This document shows, one piece after another, positions 39,707 through 49,045 of a stretch of 64,000 nt of DNA. The notes beneath the pieces are model-generated. The model ran no database searches, had not been told where the DNA came from, and was given only the letters and a program-made list of their open reading frames with translations. Each line of letters opens with the position of its first letter. Position 1 is the first letter of the stretch. The translations under genes and the position numbers were made by a program. The DNA comes from a virus (taxonomy: Duplodnaviria; Caudoviricetes): the IMG/VR virus record IMGVR_UViG_3300037634_002953, positions 38,638-102,637 of that record; one strand, written 5' to 3'.

Positions 39707-39866
39707 TTTCGGTGTTTCACATTCAATTAATTATTATCGATTCGAAGAATATATAACGAAGGAATCTAAGATTCCTGAAGTTATCAATGCGTAGCATTGT
39801 ATATGTTATGAATATTGTTTTCAACTTATGCGATTTAAGCATATTTATGAATTGAAACACCTGAAA
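39707..39866. other. Inverted-repeat-closed hairpin cluster (possible origin or ssDNA element)
   Basis: TTTC-GGTGTTTCA-C-ATTCA pairs with TGAAT-TGAAACACC-T-GAAA, enclosing GGAATC-TAA-GATTCC and CAATGC-GTA-GCATTG. Confidence 0.45.
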
Positions 39867-39909
39867 AGTCAATTTTAAAATCCAGGCTATTATGAGATAG
39901 TCTAAGCCA

Positions 39910-40152
39910 TCATCGTGACTTAGACATTTTTTTCATTTGATTGTTTTGTTCTTCTCGTTGTTTATTGAGTTTGTTAATAAACATCTGAATCGCAGGCACA
40001 GGCATAGTCATTAACGATTGATAATTGAATGCGCCTCCACTATTTAAAATGACATCCATATAATTTTCTTCAATACCTTCAAGTTCACGTTGGTATCGAT
40101 CTACTATTTGTTCAATTTCTGCGGGCTGGGCAGAGGCAATCAGCCCACGAAA
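39910..40152 (-). CDS. Unannotated -1-frame extension (gp51-like, 80 aa) of the gp26-like gene
   Basis: Open frame FRGLIASAQPAEIEQ...MTMPVPAIQMFINKLNKQREEQ...SKSR* begins at the slippery site; its first ATG is 31 codons in. Confidence 0.65.
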   Translation of the reverse strand, partial: FRGLIASAQPAEIEQIVDRYQRELEGIEENYMDVILNSGGAFNYQSLMTMPVPAIQMFINKLNKQREEQNNQMKKMSKSR

Positions 40153-40158
40153 AAATTT
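40118..40158 (-). promoter_or_regulatory. Programmed -1 frameshift signal (slippery site plus H-type pseudoknot)
   Basis: A_AAU_UUU_UUC, then stem1 GGGCUG/CAGCCC and stem2 UCUGC/GCAGA. Confidence 0.65.
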
Positions 40159-40973
40159 GCAACATCTAGGTCAACCTTTGTTTTCCATTCATGATTGCAT
40201 TCTTGGCATTGTGCTGACAAGTTATCAGTATCTAATGTGTCTTTACTAAGCGACTCAACTTTGTCTTTAAGGCTATCATAATCATCTTTAGTAATAGTTT
40301 GTAGCCATTCTTTAATCATTGCATCGTCTGTAATTTCTTCGCCTTCTGGCGGTCTAACAGCACGAATTGAATTACTGATTAAATCAACAGTTAGTTCAGC
40401 TAGTTCAACAAATGTTTGTCCAAATAACTTTGTGCGATCTTCTTCATTAATATTTTCATCAGTTAATGCTTGAAGCATTTTGCGTTGCTTCACTTGCTGA
40501 ATTTGTAGCAATGTACGATCTCGTAAGTTATAAGGTTTTAAATTAATAATAAAACCATTATCCCATTCGATTCGATCAGCCTCATCAATTGGTGTCGCGG
40601 TCGCTAGTAATGCAGTAGCATCAATTTTCATCATGTTTAATGCTTCACATTCTGGGCATTTGATGTCAATATTTAACTCTTTGCCATATGTTGCTTGACG
40701 TATTGCTAGTAATATTACAACTAAGTCATTAACTGGCATTGTGTCAGGATCTTTAATATCTGGTGCGCAACTAGCAATAACAGCATGTGTGGCTTCACCA
40801 TTAAATAATGCATCAGGAGTTTTGTATATAAGCTCATCTCTGGCTGTCATTGGATATATTGCCAATTCTCCATCAACACTCAATTTAGGCATTGTATCAT
40901 AGTATTTTCCGCTGCTAGGCAGAGTTACAAATAGTGCTGGCTTTCTATAAGCCGCTATTAAAGGGTTTGTCAT
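40140..40973 (-). CDS. gp26: gp26-like baseplate hub / tail assembly chaperone
   Basis: V.LPS.GKYY, PMTARDE...KTPDAL.NG, D...IL.AIR.ATYG, CPEC, CQEC, ending NFF. Confidence 0.75.
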   Translation of the reverse strand: MTNPLIAAYRKPALFVTLPSSGKYYDTMPKLSVDGELAIYPMTARDELIYKTPDALFNGEATHAVIASCAPDIKDPDTMPVNDLVVILLAIRQATYGKELNIDIKCPECEALNMMKIDATALLATATPIDEADRIEWDNGFIINLKPYNLRDRTLLQIQQVKQRKMLQALTDENINEEDRTKLFGQTFVELAELTVDLISNSIRAVRPPEGEEITDDAMIKEWLQTITKDDYDSLKDKVESLSKDTLDTDNLSAQCQECNHEWKTKVDLDVANFFVG

Positions 40974-40986
40974 AAGTTAATCTCCA

Positions 40987-41028
40987 AATAAATACATTAT
41001 ATAAAAGCTGTATTCAGTTCTATTTATC
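40987..41028. promoter_or_regulatory. Pair of overlapping, oppositely oriented late promoters
   Basis: AATAAATA on + (40987-40994) toward the tape-measure genes; GATAAATA on - (41021-41028) toward gp26. Confidence 0.45.
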
Positions 41029-41040
41029 CAATTAAAAGGG

Positions 41041-43536
41041 GTGTTAATTTTGAATTTAGACAAAGAGTTTCAAAAAATAAATGCACAGTATCCCTGGGCA
41101 TCTAATCAAACCTTGTCTAGTATTCTGGATGACATGGTCGTCGACATTAAATCAAAAGCAAAAGCCCTTAAAATATTAGAAAAAAATGATACTGGTGTTA
41201 CTGAAACCCTAAATGAATTTCATAAGTTATCAAACAAGTATGGTAGGTTAATTGATTTATCTGCGCGTAAAATGCGCAATATAGGCGAAGGTGTAATGAA
41301 AACAGCCCGTAGTACTGATCCAATAGAAGGTGTGGCTAATTTAACAAAACTAGGCGGCGGTGCTCTTGAATCAGCTGGCGCTGGCCTTGGTAATTTTGGC
41401 GGTACTTTAGGTAAAAATTTTAAAGCTGCTGGTACTGGATTATCAGGTGTTGGTACAGCAAGTGTTACATTTGCAAGCATTATTAGTATATACGGTGCGC
41501 TTATAAATGAACAAGAAAAAAGTATGCGCTCAATGATTGATTATGGTCTTGTAGCTAGTGATGTTGGATTATATACTGATATGCGTGATGCGTTTGCTCA
41601 TATGGGCATGAGTTTAAATGAAGGTGTTGTATTTTTTAAAGACTTATATCCAGTTTTTGCTCAACTTGGTGATGATAACTTGCACACACTTGACGGATTT
41701 ACTGAAACGGTTTCATCTGGTATTACTGATAAAACTATTTCACGTTATGGTAGAACACAATCAGATGCAATGCGAAGTATTGCTGAAGAAGTACGTATCA
41801 TGTACAACTATAATCAAATTAGTGAATTAAATAATATATCAATGACCAAAGTATTAGACCGATATAATAACAGTAGCAAAATAACTACTGCATTGAGTTC
41901 AATTATGGGTGTTAAACGTGATGTATTAGAACAATCACGAATTGCAGCATTGAGTGATTTAGATTTTCAAACAGCATATATTCAAAATGAAGCAGCAATT
42001 ATCGACGCAATAGGCACAGATGGAGCAGCATATTTATTAGCTGCTCGCCAAAGTATTAGTAGCGGATTTAGTGCAATGTTAGGTGATGATTTTACTAGTT
42101 TAACTGATGATGCATTAACTCGTGCAATTTATGATTATGAAAATAACAATGATTTTTATGACAACATGGGTGAAGAATTAAATACAATCTTAAATTTGCT
42201 AGGTGCAGATTCTAGAAAAATTTATATGGATATGATGCAAGGTGTATTAGATGGTGGTCTTGATGCAACTGGTATAGAAACAGTTAAACGTGATTTTATA
42301 AAGAGTCTGCGCAACCCATCTGCAGATGTTCCAGCATTAGAAAGTGCATTTAATATTCCAACAAGTGAATTACTTATAGCAAGGGAATTAGTTGACCGCG
42401 CTATATTAGTGTCTGATGATTATGTAAACATGAGTGATAGTGATTTAGCACAAATAACTAACAGTGTTGACGAGTTTACTGATCGCAGTGATGATGCAAT
42501 TGAAGTAGTGGATAATATGAGAGCAGCAATGCGCAATATCTATGATCTAATAGCACCTGGATTTAAAAGCACAACAATTGCAATTGATTTATTTAGTGGC
42601 ATGTTGACCACATTGCAAAGTTCCATTAGTGTTGCTGTTAGTGCATTAAGTAAAGATAGAGAACTGGGCCAAGCCCAAAAGTCTTTTAAAGAAAACGTAG
42701 CAGCACAGAGAGCAGCATTGGAAACTGGCTTGCCACAACAGGCATTTAGAGAAACAGTTGTAGCACAGAGAGCAGCATTTAGTGATACTAATTTGCGTAG
42801 CCAAGCTATAACTGTTTTTAAAGAAAACGTAGCAGCACAGAGAGCAGCATTGGAAACTGGCTTGCCACAACAATCATTCAGAGAAAAAGTAGCAGCGCAA
42901 AAAGCAGCGCATGCAGCCCGTAGAGCAGAACGTATAGCTGCTGAAAATGCAGTTACTGGTGACTTAACAACAAGCGCAGTTGCAAATTTAGCAGAATTAG
43001 AACCACAGCCAATGTCGTTAGCACCACCCACGCAGGCGCCATTGGAACAACAAGCAAGCCCTGCGCCCAAATATCCTACATCATGGCCTATGGATAAGAC
43101 GGGAGTAAAATTAAGAAGTGAGCAGCGCGATTGGTTACTTAAATATGGAGATGAATATAACAAAGATGGAACAAAAAAAAGTTATATTCATCCTACTGTA
43201 TATTTTGGCAATGATAAACCAAACTTTGATGGTATAAGAGGTGATAAATGGTGGAATGGAGGAGATGTTCATGTATTTGATGGTACTTCATGGGTGCCCT
43301 ACGAAGCCCAAGCACCTTGGGCGACCAACGAAGCCCAAACACCTTCAAACCCAGCACCAACATTACTTACAAGTGTTGATGAACCAACAAACGAAGAACA
43401 ATCAATTAAATTAATAGATGACTCTTTAGCTGCAATTACTGAATTAAGAAACAATGCTGCTACAGATGCAAAAACATGGAACACTATTTCACAATGTGAT
43501 AATCTTGATAAAAGTAAAACGGCGGCAATTAAATAA
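41041..43536 (+). CDS. Tape-measure-like protein 1
   Basis: Helical A/G/L-rich; N-terminal YPWAS..TL shared with both neighbours; internal repeats; start may be TTG 41050. Confidence 0.55.
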   Translation: MLILNLDKEFQKINAQYPWASNQTLSSILDDMVVDIKSKAKALKILEKNDTGVTETLNEFHKLSNKYGRLIDLSARKMRNIGEGVMKTARSTDPIEGVANLTKLGGGALESAGAGLGNFGGTLGKNFKAAGTGLSGVGTASVTFASIISIYGALINEQEKSMRSMIDYGLVASDVGLYTDMRDAFAHMGMSLNEGVVFFKDLYPVFAQLGDDNLHTLDGFTETVSSGITDKTISRYGRTQSDAMRSIAEEVRIMYNYNQISELNNISMTKVLDRYNNSSKITTALSSIMGVKRDVLEQSRIAALSDLDFQTAYIQNEAAIIDAIGTDGAAYLLAARQSISSGFSAMLGDDFTSLTDDALTRAIYDYENNNDFYDNMGEELNTILNLLGADSRKIYMDMMQGVLDGGLDATGIETVKRDFIKSLRNPSADVPALESAFNIPTSELLIARELVDRAILVSDDYVNMSDSDLAQITNSVDEFTDRSDDAIEVVDNMRAAMRNIYDLIAPGFKSTTIAIDLFSGMLTTLQSSISVAVSALSKDRELGQAQKSFKENVAAQRAALETGLPQQAFRETVVAQRAAFSDTNLRSQAITVFKENVAAQRAALETGLPQQSFREKVAAQKAAHAARRAERIAAENAVTGDLTTSAVANLAELEPQPMSLAPPTQAPLEQQASPAPKYPTSWPMDKTGVKLRSEQRDWLLKYGDEYNKDGTKKSYIHPTVYFGNDKPNFDGIRGDKWWNGGDVHVFDGTSWVPYEAQAPWATNEAQTPSNPAPTLLTSVDEPTNEEQSIKLIDDSLAAITELRNNAATDAKTWNTISQCDNLDKSKTAAIK
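42684..42872 (+). repeat. 57-bp exact direct repeat (two copies, 132-bp period) plus degenerate copies
   Basis: 42684-42740 is identical to 42816-42872 and encodes FKENVAAQRAALETGLPQQ. Confidence 0.9.
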
Positions 43537-46430
43537 TGGCAGATGAATTAGAAAATTGGATTAATGTAGTTGCAAAGATAGCTCCGTGGATAACAGATTC
43601 TACTCTTGAGCAAGCATTCGGAACACAAGCTAATTCAAACTTGTTAACTAAAAAAGCATTGGCTATACTTCGCTCTAATCCTGTTGATTTTACTGATATT
43701 GTACAGGCTATTGAAGATGGTGTTGATCGAAATAGTGCGTTTAATGTGTTTACTCAGAATTTAAGTGATGCCACATCGTCAATCATAAGAACTTTTGATA
43801 GGGAACCATCAATAAATGCAATGGGTGAATTGGCATATGATCTTAGCAAAGGAGTATACGGTGCAGCATCAGCTCTTGAACAAGGCGGCGATGCAGCTGA
43901 TTTATTGCGAGGTAGATTTAAACGTTTTGGTAATATCTTAGATGGCGTAACTGATGCTATGGCGGCCGGCGCTAAACTATTAGTATATAGTACAGCTGGC
44001 TCAGCATTAGCTATGAAGTTATTACAAGATCAAGAAAAAACTGTACGTGTTATGCTAGATTACGGCCTAGTTGCAGGTGATGTAAAAATGTATAGTTTGC
44101 TTCGCGAGAATCTAGCACACGCAGGTATGAGTGTCGAAGTATTCTTAAAAAATATGTCTGATTATGGTCCATTATTTGCAAATATAAGTTCTAGTACAGT
44201 ACAAGGCGCCTTGGACTTTAGTTTATTAGCTAAGACACTTGGTAATACTAAATCGTTTAGTAAAATGGGATATTTAAATCATGAATTTGCAAAACGGTTA
44301 GCAGAAGAAGCAGAAATATTATATCATTTACAAGAGCTTGATGTCATTGACAATAAAGCAAAAGAAAGGATAGCAGAAAGCTTTAAATTATCAACTGAGT
44401 TTGCACTTGGGTTAGCTAATCAGACTGGTATTGATAGAGATCAACTTTTAAGTGCTAGACGAGAAGCTATTGACGTTACTACCATTGGTATTGATAAAAA
44501 TTATCAATATATCATTGATAATTTTGGCAGTACTGGACCAGAAAATATTAGTGCTGGTATAGGCCACCTTTCAATGTTAATGGGATCATTAACACCAGAC
44601 TTTGCTGATGGTACTATACAATCATTAACAAGTGCAGTGTATGATTTAAACTTTGATCACAGTATATTAAATAATTTAACATCAAATGTAGCTAATACTC
44701 TTAATGCGTTGGGTACTGATGCACGAACACAATTTATTGAAATAGCACAAACAATAATTACTGGCGGTTATGATGCTAAGAATCCAGAAAAATTAACAAA
44801 AGATTATTTGGAATTCTTAACAACAGTTAGAGATACACCAGTGGTTTTTGCATCTTATATTGGAGTGTCGCCTAGCGTAGGTGCTGCAAAGCAATTACAA
44901 GATGTTGTAACAACATTACCTGACTCTTTTTATGATTATAGTCTTTTGTCGCAAGGATTTGTAACTAACGGTGCAAAAACTGAAGCAGACATTGCATCAG
45001 CAGTTGTTGATGCAGTAAATGATTTAGGTAAATTTAACGCATTAATGAAGCAACAAATACTTCCAGAGTACGAAACAACGACTAATGCAATCAACGCATT
45101 TAGTGGTGGGCTTGAATTAGTAGATGTAGCTTTAGACGCATTGGGTATTAAAAGAGAAGAAAAAGAAATAGACTCCATTGATCGAAATATACATGCAAAT
45201 ATACGTGCAGCATCTGCTCGAAGAACTGGACTTGCACAAGAGCTTTCATCAGCTGAATCATTAGTAACATTTAATACAATATTAGATCAATATTTGGTAG
45301 ATAACAATTTTACTAGAATGCGTAATGATGGCGAGTTTAATAAACCTTTAAGAGACTCTGAATCAGATCAAATTATACTTAGTGATTCAGAAGCAGAATC
45401 ATCATTATTAGATTTTATTGGATCTGGGGAAGGCGGATATAATAGTTCAAACCGCGGAACATCAGGTGATAGAATTGTTGGTTCCACAAATAATACAATT
45501 CGAAATAGAACTAAGTTAACTGATTTAACATTTGAACAAATCTTTAGTTATCAATCAATTAATAATCCTAATTCAAATCAGCGATTGTTTGCGGTAGGAA
45601 AATATCAAATTATACCTAGTACATTAGAGGAAATATGGCCGCATAGTGGGTTAGCGTTAGGTGATAAATTTAGTCCTGAGAATCAAGACAAGTTAGGTGC
45701 ATTATTATTGCGTGGCACTAATGATTATGCGAAACGCCCAACGCTAGCTAAATTTTTACGTGGTGATACAAGTATATCTGTAGATCAAGCAATGTTAGCC
45801 TTTTCAAAAGAATGGGCAAGTGTTCCAGATCCAAGAACTGGCAGAAGTTATTATGGTAGCGGAAATAAATCATCACATAGTGTTGCTGAAGTTCGCCGTG
45901 TACTCTTACAAGCACGTAAATCATATATTGAAGAAGGTATATTAAAAACCCAACATATTATTAATCCAGAGCGGCAACTGACAGTAGAAAGCATTGGCTT
46001 TACATTGGATGATTTACTTAAAGCAGATTTAAATTTACATAATGAATTTACACAATATAGAAACACTATGTTAGCAGATGAAATTGTAAAATGGGATAAA
46101 GAAAATCCATTGGCAGGTGCTGGTTTTAGACAAGACGAGTATAGTGCTATTGCAGCAGATGCAACAGAACGATCATTAGCTCATTATGAAAATGAACTCA
46201 ATGCTGCATTAGGATCAGGTACAGTTAATCAAGTGGGAGCAATAGCGTATGCTTTAGATATGCCAGAAATTATTACGGTAAGTGAACTTCAGCCATCGAT
46301 AAATACTTATAATGAAAGTTCTGATCCTGCAGGAGATAATGCTTCTGCAGATATAAATGTAAAGAACAGCGCAGCCCTATTAGGATCAGCGGTGCAGAAA
46401 AGTAATATGACTACAGAGACAACAAGATAA
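43536..46430 (+). CDS. Tape-measure-like protein 2 with lysozyme-like (muramidase) domain
   Basis: APWITDSTL N-terminus; GSGEGGYNS...AVGKYQIIPSTL...FSPENQDKL...EWASVP. Confidence 0.7.
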   Translation: MADELENWINVVAKIAPWITDSTLEQAFGTQANSNLLTKKALAILRSNPVDFTDIVQAIEDGVDRNSAFNVFTQNLSDATSSIIRTFDREPSINAMGELAYDLSKGVYGAASALEQGGDAADLLRGRFKRFGNILDGVTDAMAAGAKLLVYSTAGSALAMKLLQDQEKTVRVMLDYGLVAGDVKMYSLLRENLAHAGMSVEVFLKNMSDYGPLFANISSSTVQGALDFSLLAKTLGNTKSFSKMGYLNHEFAKRLAEEAEILYHLQELDVIDNKAKERIAESFKLSTEFALGLANQTGIDRDQLLSARREAIDVTTIGIDKNYQYIIDNFGSTGPENISAGIGHLSMLMGSLTPDFADGTIQSLTSAVYDLNFDHSILNNLTSNVANTLNALGTDARTQFIEIAQTIITGGYDAKNPEKLTKDYLEFLTTVRDTPVVFASYIGVSPSVGAAKQLQDVVTTLPDSFYDYSLLSQGFVTNGAKTEADIASAVVDAVNDLGKFNALMKQQILPEYETTTNAINAFSGGLELVDVALDALGIKREEKEIDSIDRNIHANIRAASARRTGLAQELSSAESLVTFNTILDQYLVDNNFTRMRNDGEFNKPLRDSESDQIILSDSEAESSLLDFIGSGEGGYNSSNRGTSGDRIVGSTNNTIRNRTKLTDLTFEQIFSYQSINNPNSNQRLFAVGKYQIIPSTLEEIWPHSGLALGDKFSPENQDKLGALLLRGTNDYAKRPTLAKFLRGDTSISVDQAMLAFSKEWASVPDPRTGRSYYGSGNKSSHSVAEVRRVLLQARKSYIEEGILKTQHIINPERQLTVESIGFTLDDLLKADLNLHNEFTQYRNTMLADEIVKWDKENPLAGAGFRQDEYSAIAADATERSLAHYENELNAALGSGTVNQVGAIAYALDMPEIITVSELQPSINTYNESSDPAGDNASADINVKNSAALLGSAVQKSNMTTETTR

Positions 46431-48994
46431 TGGCAGAAAACACATATAATATTACATTACCAGATGGTACCACAGTACCGATTCCTGCATGGGCAAGGGA
46501 AAGTACACTTCGTGTTTTAGTAGATCAACTAAAAATAGGTCTAGATTTAAATAATAATCTAATCAAAGAAGTAATGAATTTAAATGTTGATACTAACGAC
46601 ATTGAAGATGCTATTAAAAAAATGTTTGACGGATTGGAAAAAGTTAAACGTGAAGAAACAGCAGCAGAAGAAGCCAGCAGAGCAGAATTTGCAAAGACAA
46701 TTGCAAAAAGAACCAATGACATTGTTGACTCATTTAGTAATACAGAAGCACCATTAACATCAATGACAAAGAATTTAGAAACGTTCTCTGGATTTTTAGG
46801 AAAATCAGCAGGCTCTTTATTTGGTGATTCTAAAATGTTAAGTAAGATATCCCCGCAAATGCAAGCCAAGCTTGGCACATTCGCTAATGCATTAGGTGAT
46901 GGTTTATTTGGTTATATGGGTTTTATGGCAGGCCAAGTTGAACAGTTTGCAAAAGCCCAAGCTAATATGATTAATGCAGGTGCTATATTTTATGAAAGCG
47001 GAGATACGTTTGATAGTTTACGAGCATCAGCTAATAAGGCAGGAATAACATATAATGAATTAAGTAAAATTGCTGTCGAATATGGAACAACATTACAAGT
47101 ATTAGGAAACGGCGTTAGTGGCGGTGTACACGGCTTTTTAACACAACTACATAAATTAGATGAAATATCTGATTCATATGGCGACTTTGGATTAAGTGCT
47201 GAACAATTAGCACACAGTTTTGCAGAGTATATTGATGTCGCACGTTTAACTGGCAAAGCTAATAGAGAAACAATAAACAAAAGTGACAAATTGCAGACTG
47301 GATATGCAGAATTAATGATGGAAACAACCGCATTAGCTGCATTAACAGGTAAAAGCCGTGATCAATTATTAGCCGAACAAAATGCAGCATTGCGTACACC
47401 AGAAACCGCAGCAGCATTAACCCGTTTAAGAGCAGCAGGGTTTGAAGATGAAGCATCTAAAATTGAAGATATTATACGCCAAGTTGACACCGTTAAAAGT
47501 TATCTGCCAGATGGTGTATCAAATATATTACAAACTGCCATTTCAACAGCATATACTGATGCATTGGCTCGTGACGGCCATATAGAAAATGTAGACATTA
47601 ATGCAGCGTTGACCGCAGCAACACAAAATACACCAGAAATTAGACAATTATTAACTGGTAGTGGTATTACTATTGTATCTGATATTCAAAAGTCTATTGG
47701 TGATCCAGAAGTAACTAATGCAGACATACGAGATTTTATGATAAATCAAGTGTCAGAGTTTGCAGATAAAATGCCCAATTTACAAGTTAACACTGGTGAT
47801 ATGAGTGCATGGGCAGCAATGTTAAAAGATTTTAAAGACCGTAGTGTAATTTTGCAACGAGATTTTAATACACTACAGTCAATGTCAGAAACAGAAAGAG
47901 AACAGTATGTAACAGAAATGCAAAAACGCCTTGACGGTGCTGGCACAGCAACAGTAGCAATTAACGAGTTAACTGTATTATTTTTGCAAGCACAAGATGC
48001 ACTAACACTACCGCTTAATGAATCAGCAGAGTTACTTAGAGGAGTAGCTGGTGGATTAAAATCACTAGCTGGTATATTTGATGATAAAAGTGGTTTTGAT
48101 ACTCCCTCGCCAGTGGCTTTGACTGAACAAAATATTCAAGATGCTGAATCAAGATTTCAAGAAGAAGGTGGTAGCTTAGACAATTTAGATCCAAGCGACG
48201 CACCTAGTCAAGGAGTAAATGGCTTACGACCAACTCCTATAACTTATGATGAAGAACGACTAAAACGTTATCGTACACGATTTGGTGACAACAATGTTGT
48301 TAAACAATTTGATGTAGTATTAGATCAAAACGTTTATATAATTACTAATCCTGCTATGCCAACCCTGCCAATGATGATGCCAGAACCTAAGAAAGATGGA
48401 GGTCCAGTTTCATCAGCATCAAGAGCAGGTTATATTGTAGGCGAAGCTGGTCCAGAATATTTTGAGCCAGGCCAATCAGGTGCAGTTACAAGTTATCAGA
48501 AACTAAATGAACTTATGCAACAGCGATTAGTAACATTAGAAAAATCTGCTAACGAATACGAACACTTAATTGCAACAACAGCTAATATACCAAAGTTTGA
48601 TCAAGGACTGAGTAGTATTACTATAGAAGATATGCGCCAACTAATAGATGAATTTGTGGGTAATACATCTGGATCAAATTTTGAAGTTAATTTAAATAAA
48701 TTATCGGGTACAAATAATCAACAAGACAGAGATATCATGTCAGCAGATATGCTAAATATCAATAGAAGATCAACAGTGGTTGCAGACAATAAACGTGCAA
48801 CAGCATTAACATCACGTAATGAACCATTTGATGCGGGCAGCCAAAATCATACTCAGGAAGTCAGAGATAAATTAGCAGTAGGTATGTCTGAAATAGCAAA
48901 TATTAAGAATGAATACGCTGGGATTATGAGACAATTAACACAGGAATTTATTAAATACAGAAAACTTAATGAAACTAATCGAACAATCGGTTGA
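46430..48994 (+). CDS. Tape-measure-like protein 3
   Basis: IPAWARESTL N-terminus; LAALTGKSRDQL; C-terminal DGGPV...YIVGEAGPE motif typical of tape-measure proteins. Confidence 0.7.
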   Translation: MAENTYNITLPDGTTVPIPAWARESTLRVLVDQLKIGLDLNNNLIKEVMNLNVDTNDIEDAIKKMFDGLEKVKREETAAEEASRAEFAKTIAKRTNDIVDSFSNTEAPLTSMTKNLETFSGFLGKSAGSLFGDSKMLSKISPQMQAKLGTFANALGDGLFGYMGFMAGQVEQFAKAQANMINAGAIFYESGDTFDSLRASANKAGITYNELSKIAVEYGTTLQVLGNGVSGGVHGFLTQLHKLDEISDSYGDFGLSAEQLAHSFAEYIDVARLTGKANRETINKSDKLQTGYAELMMETTALAALTGKSRDQLLAEQNAALRTPETAAALTRLRAAGFEDEASKIEDIIRQVDTVKSYLPDGVSNILQTAISTAYTDALARDGHIENVDINAALTAATQNTPEIRQLLTGSGITIVSDIQKSIGDPEVTNADIRDFMINQVSEFADKMPNLQVNTGDMSAWAAMLKDFKDRSVILQRDFNTLQSMSETEREQYVTEMQKRLDGAGTATVAINELTVLFLQAQDALTLPLNESAELLRGVAGGLKSLAGIFDDKSGFDTPSPVALTEQNIQDAESRFQEEGGSLDNLDPSDAPSQGVNGLRPTPITYDEERLKRYRTRFGDNNVVKQFDVVLDQNVYIITNPAMPTLPMMMPEPKKDGGPVSSASRAGYIVGEAGPEYFEPGQSGAVTSYQKLNELMQQRLVTLEKSANEYEHLIATTANIPKFDQGLSSITIEDMRQLIDEFVGNTSGSNFEVNLNKLSGTNNQQDRDIMSADMLNINRRSTVVADNKRATALTSRNEPFDAGSQNHTQEVRDKLAVGMSEIANIKNEYAGIMRQLTQEFIKYRKLNETNRTIG

Positions 48995-49019
48995 TATTTA
49001 TTGCTAAATACTGTATAAT
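48991..49019 (+). promoter_or_regulatory. Promoter upstream of portal (sigma70-like with nested late-like CTAAATA)
   Basis: TTGATA-N17-TATAAT; CTAAATA lies in the spacer. Confidence 0.45.
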
Positions 49020-49045
49020 ACTGTAAACAGAAGGTACAAATTATT

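Noticed and set aside
39193-39909. tRNA, tmRNA, CRISPR array, or group I/II intron in the ORF-free region
   Set aside because: No cloverleaf/TTC-loop, no repeat-spacer periodicity, no group II domain V or group I core recognised; flanking genes are intact.
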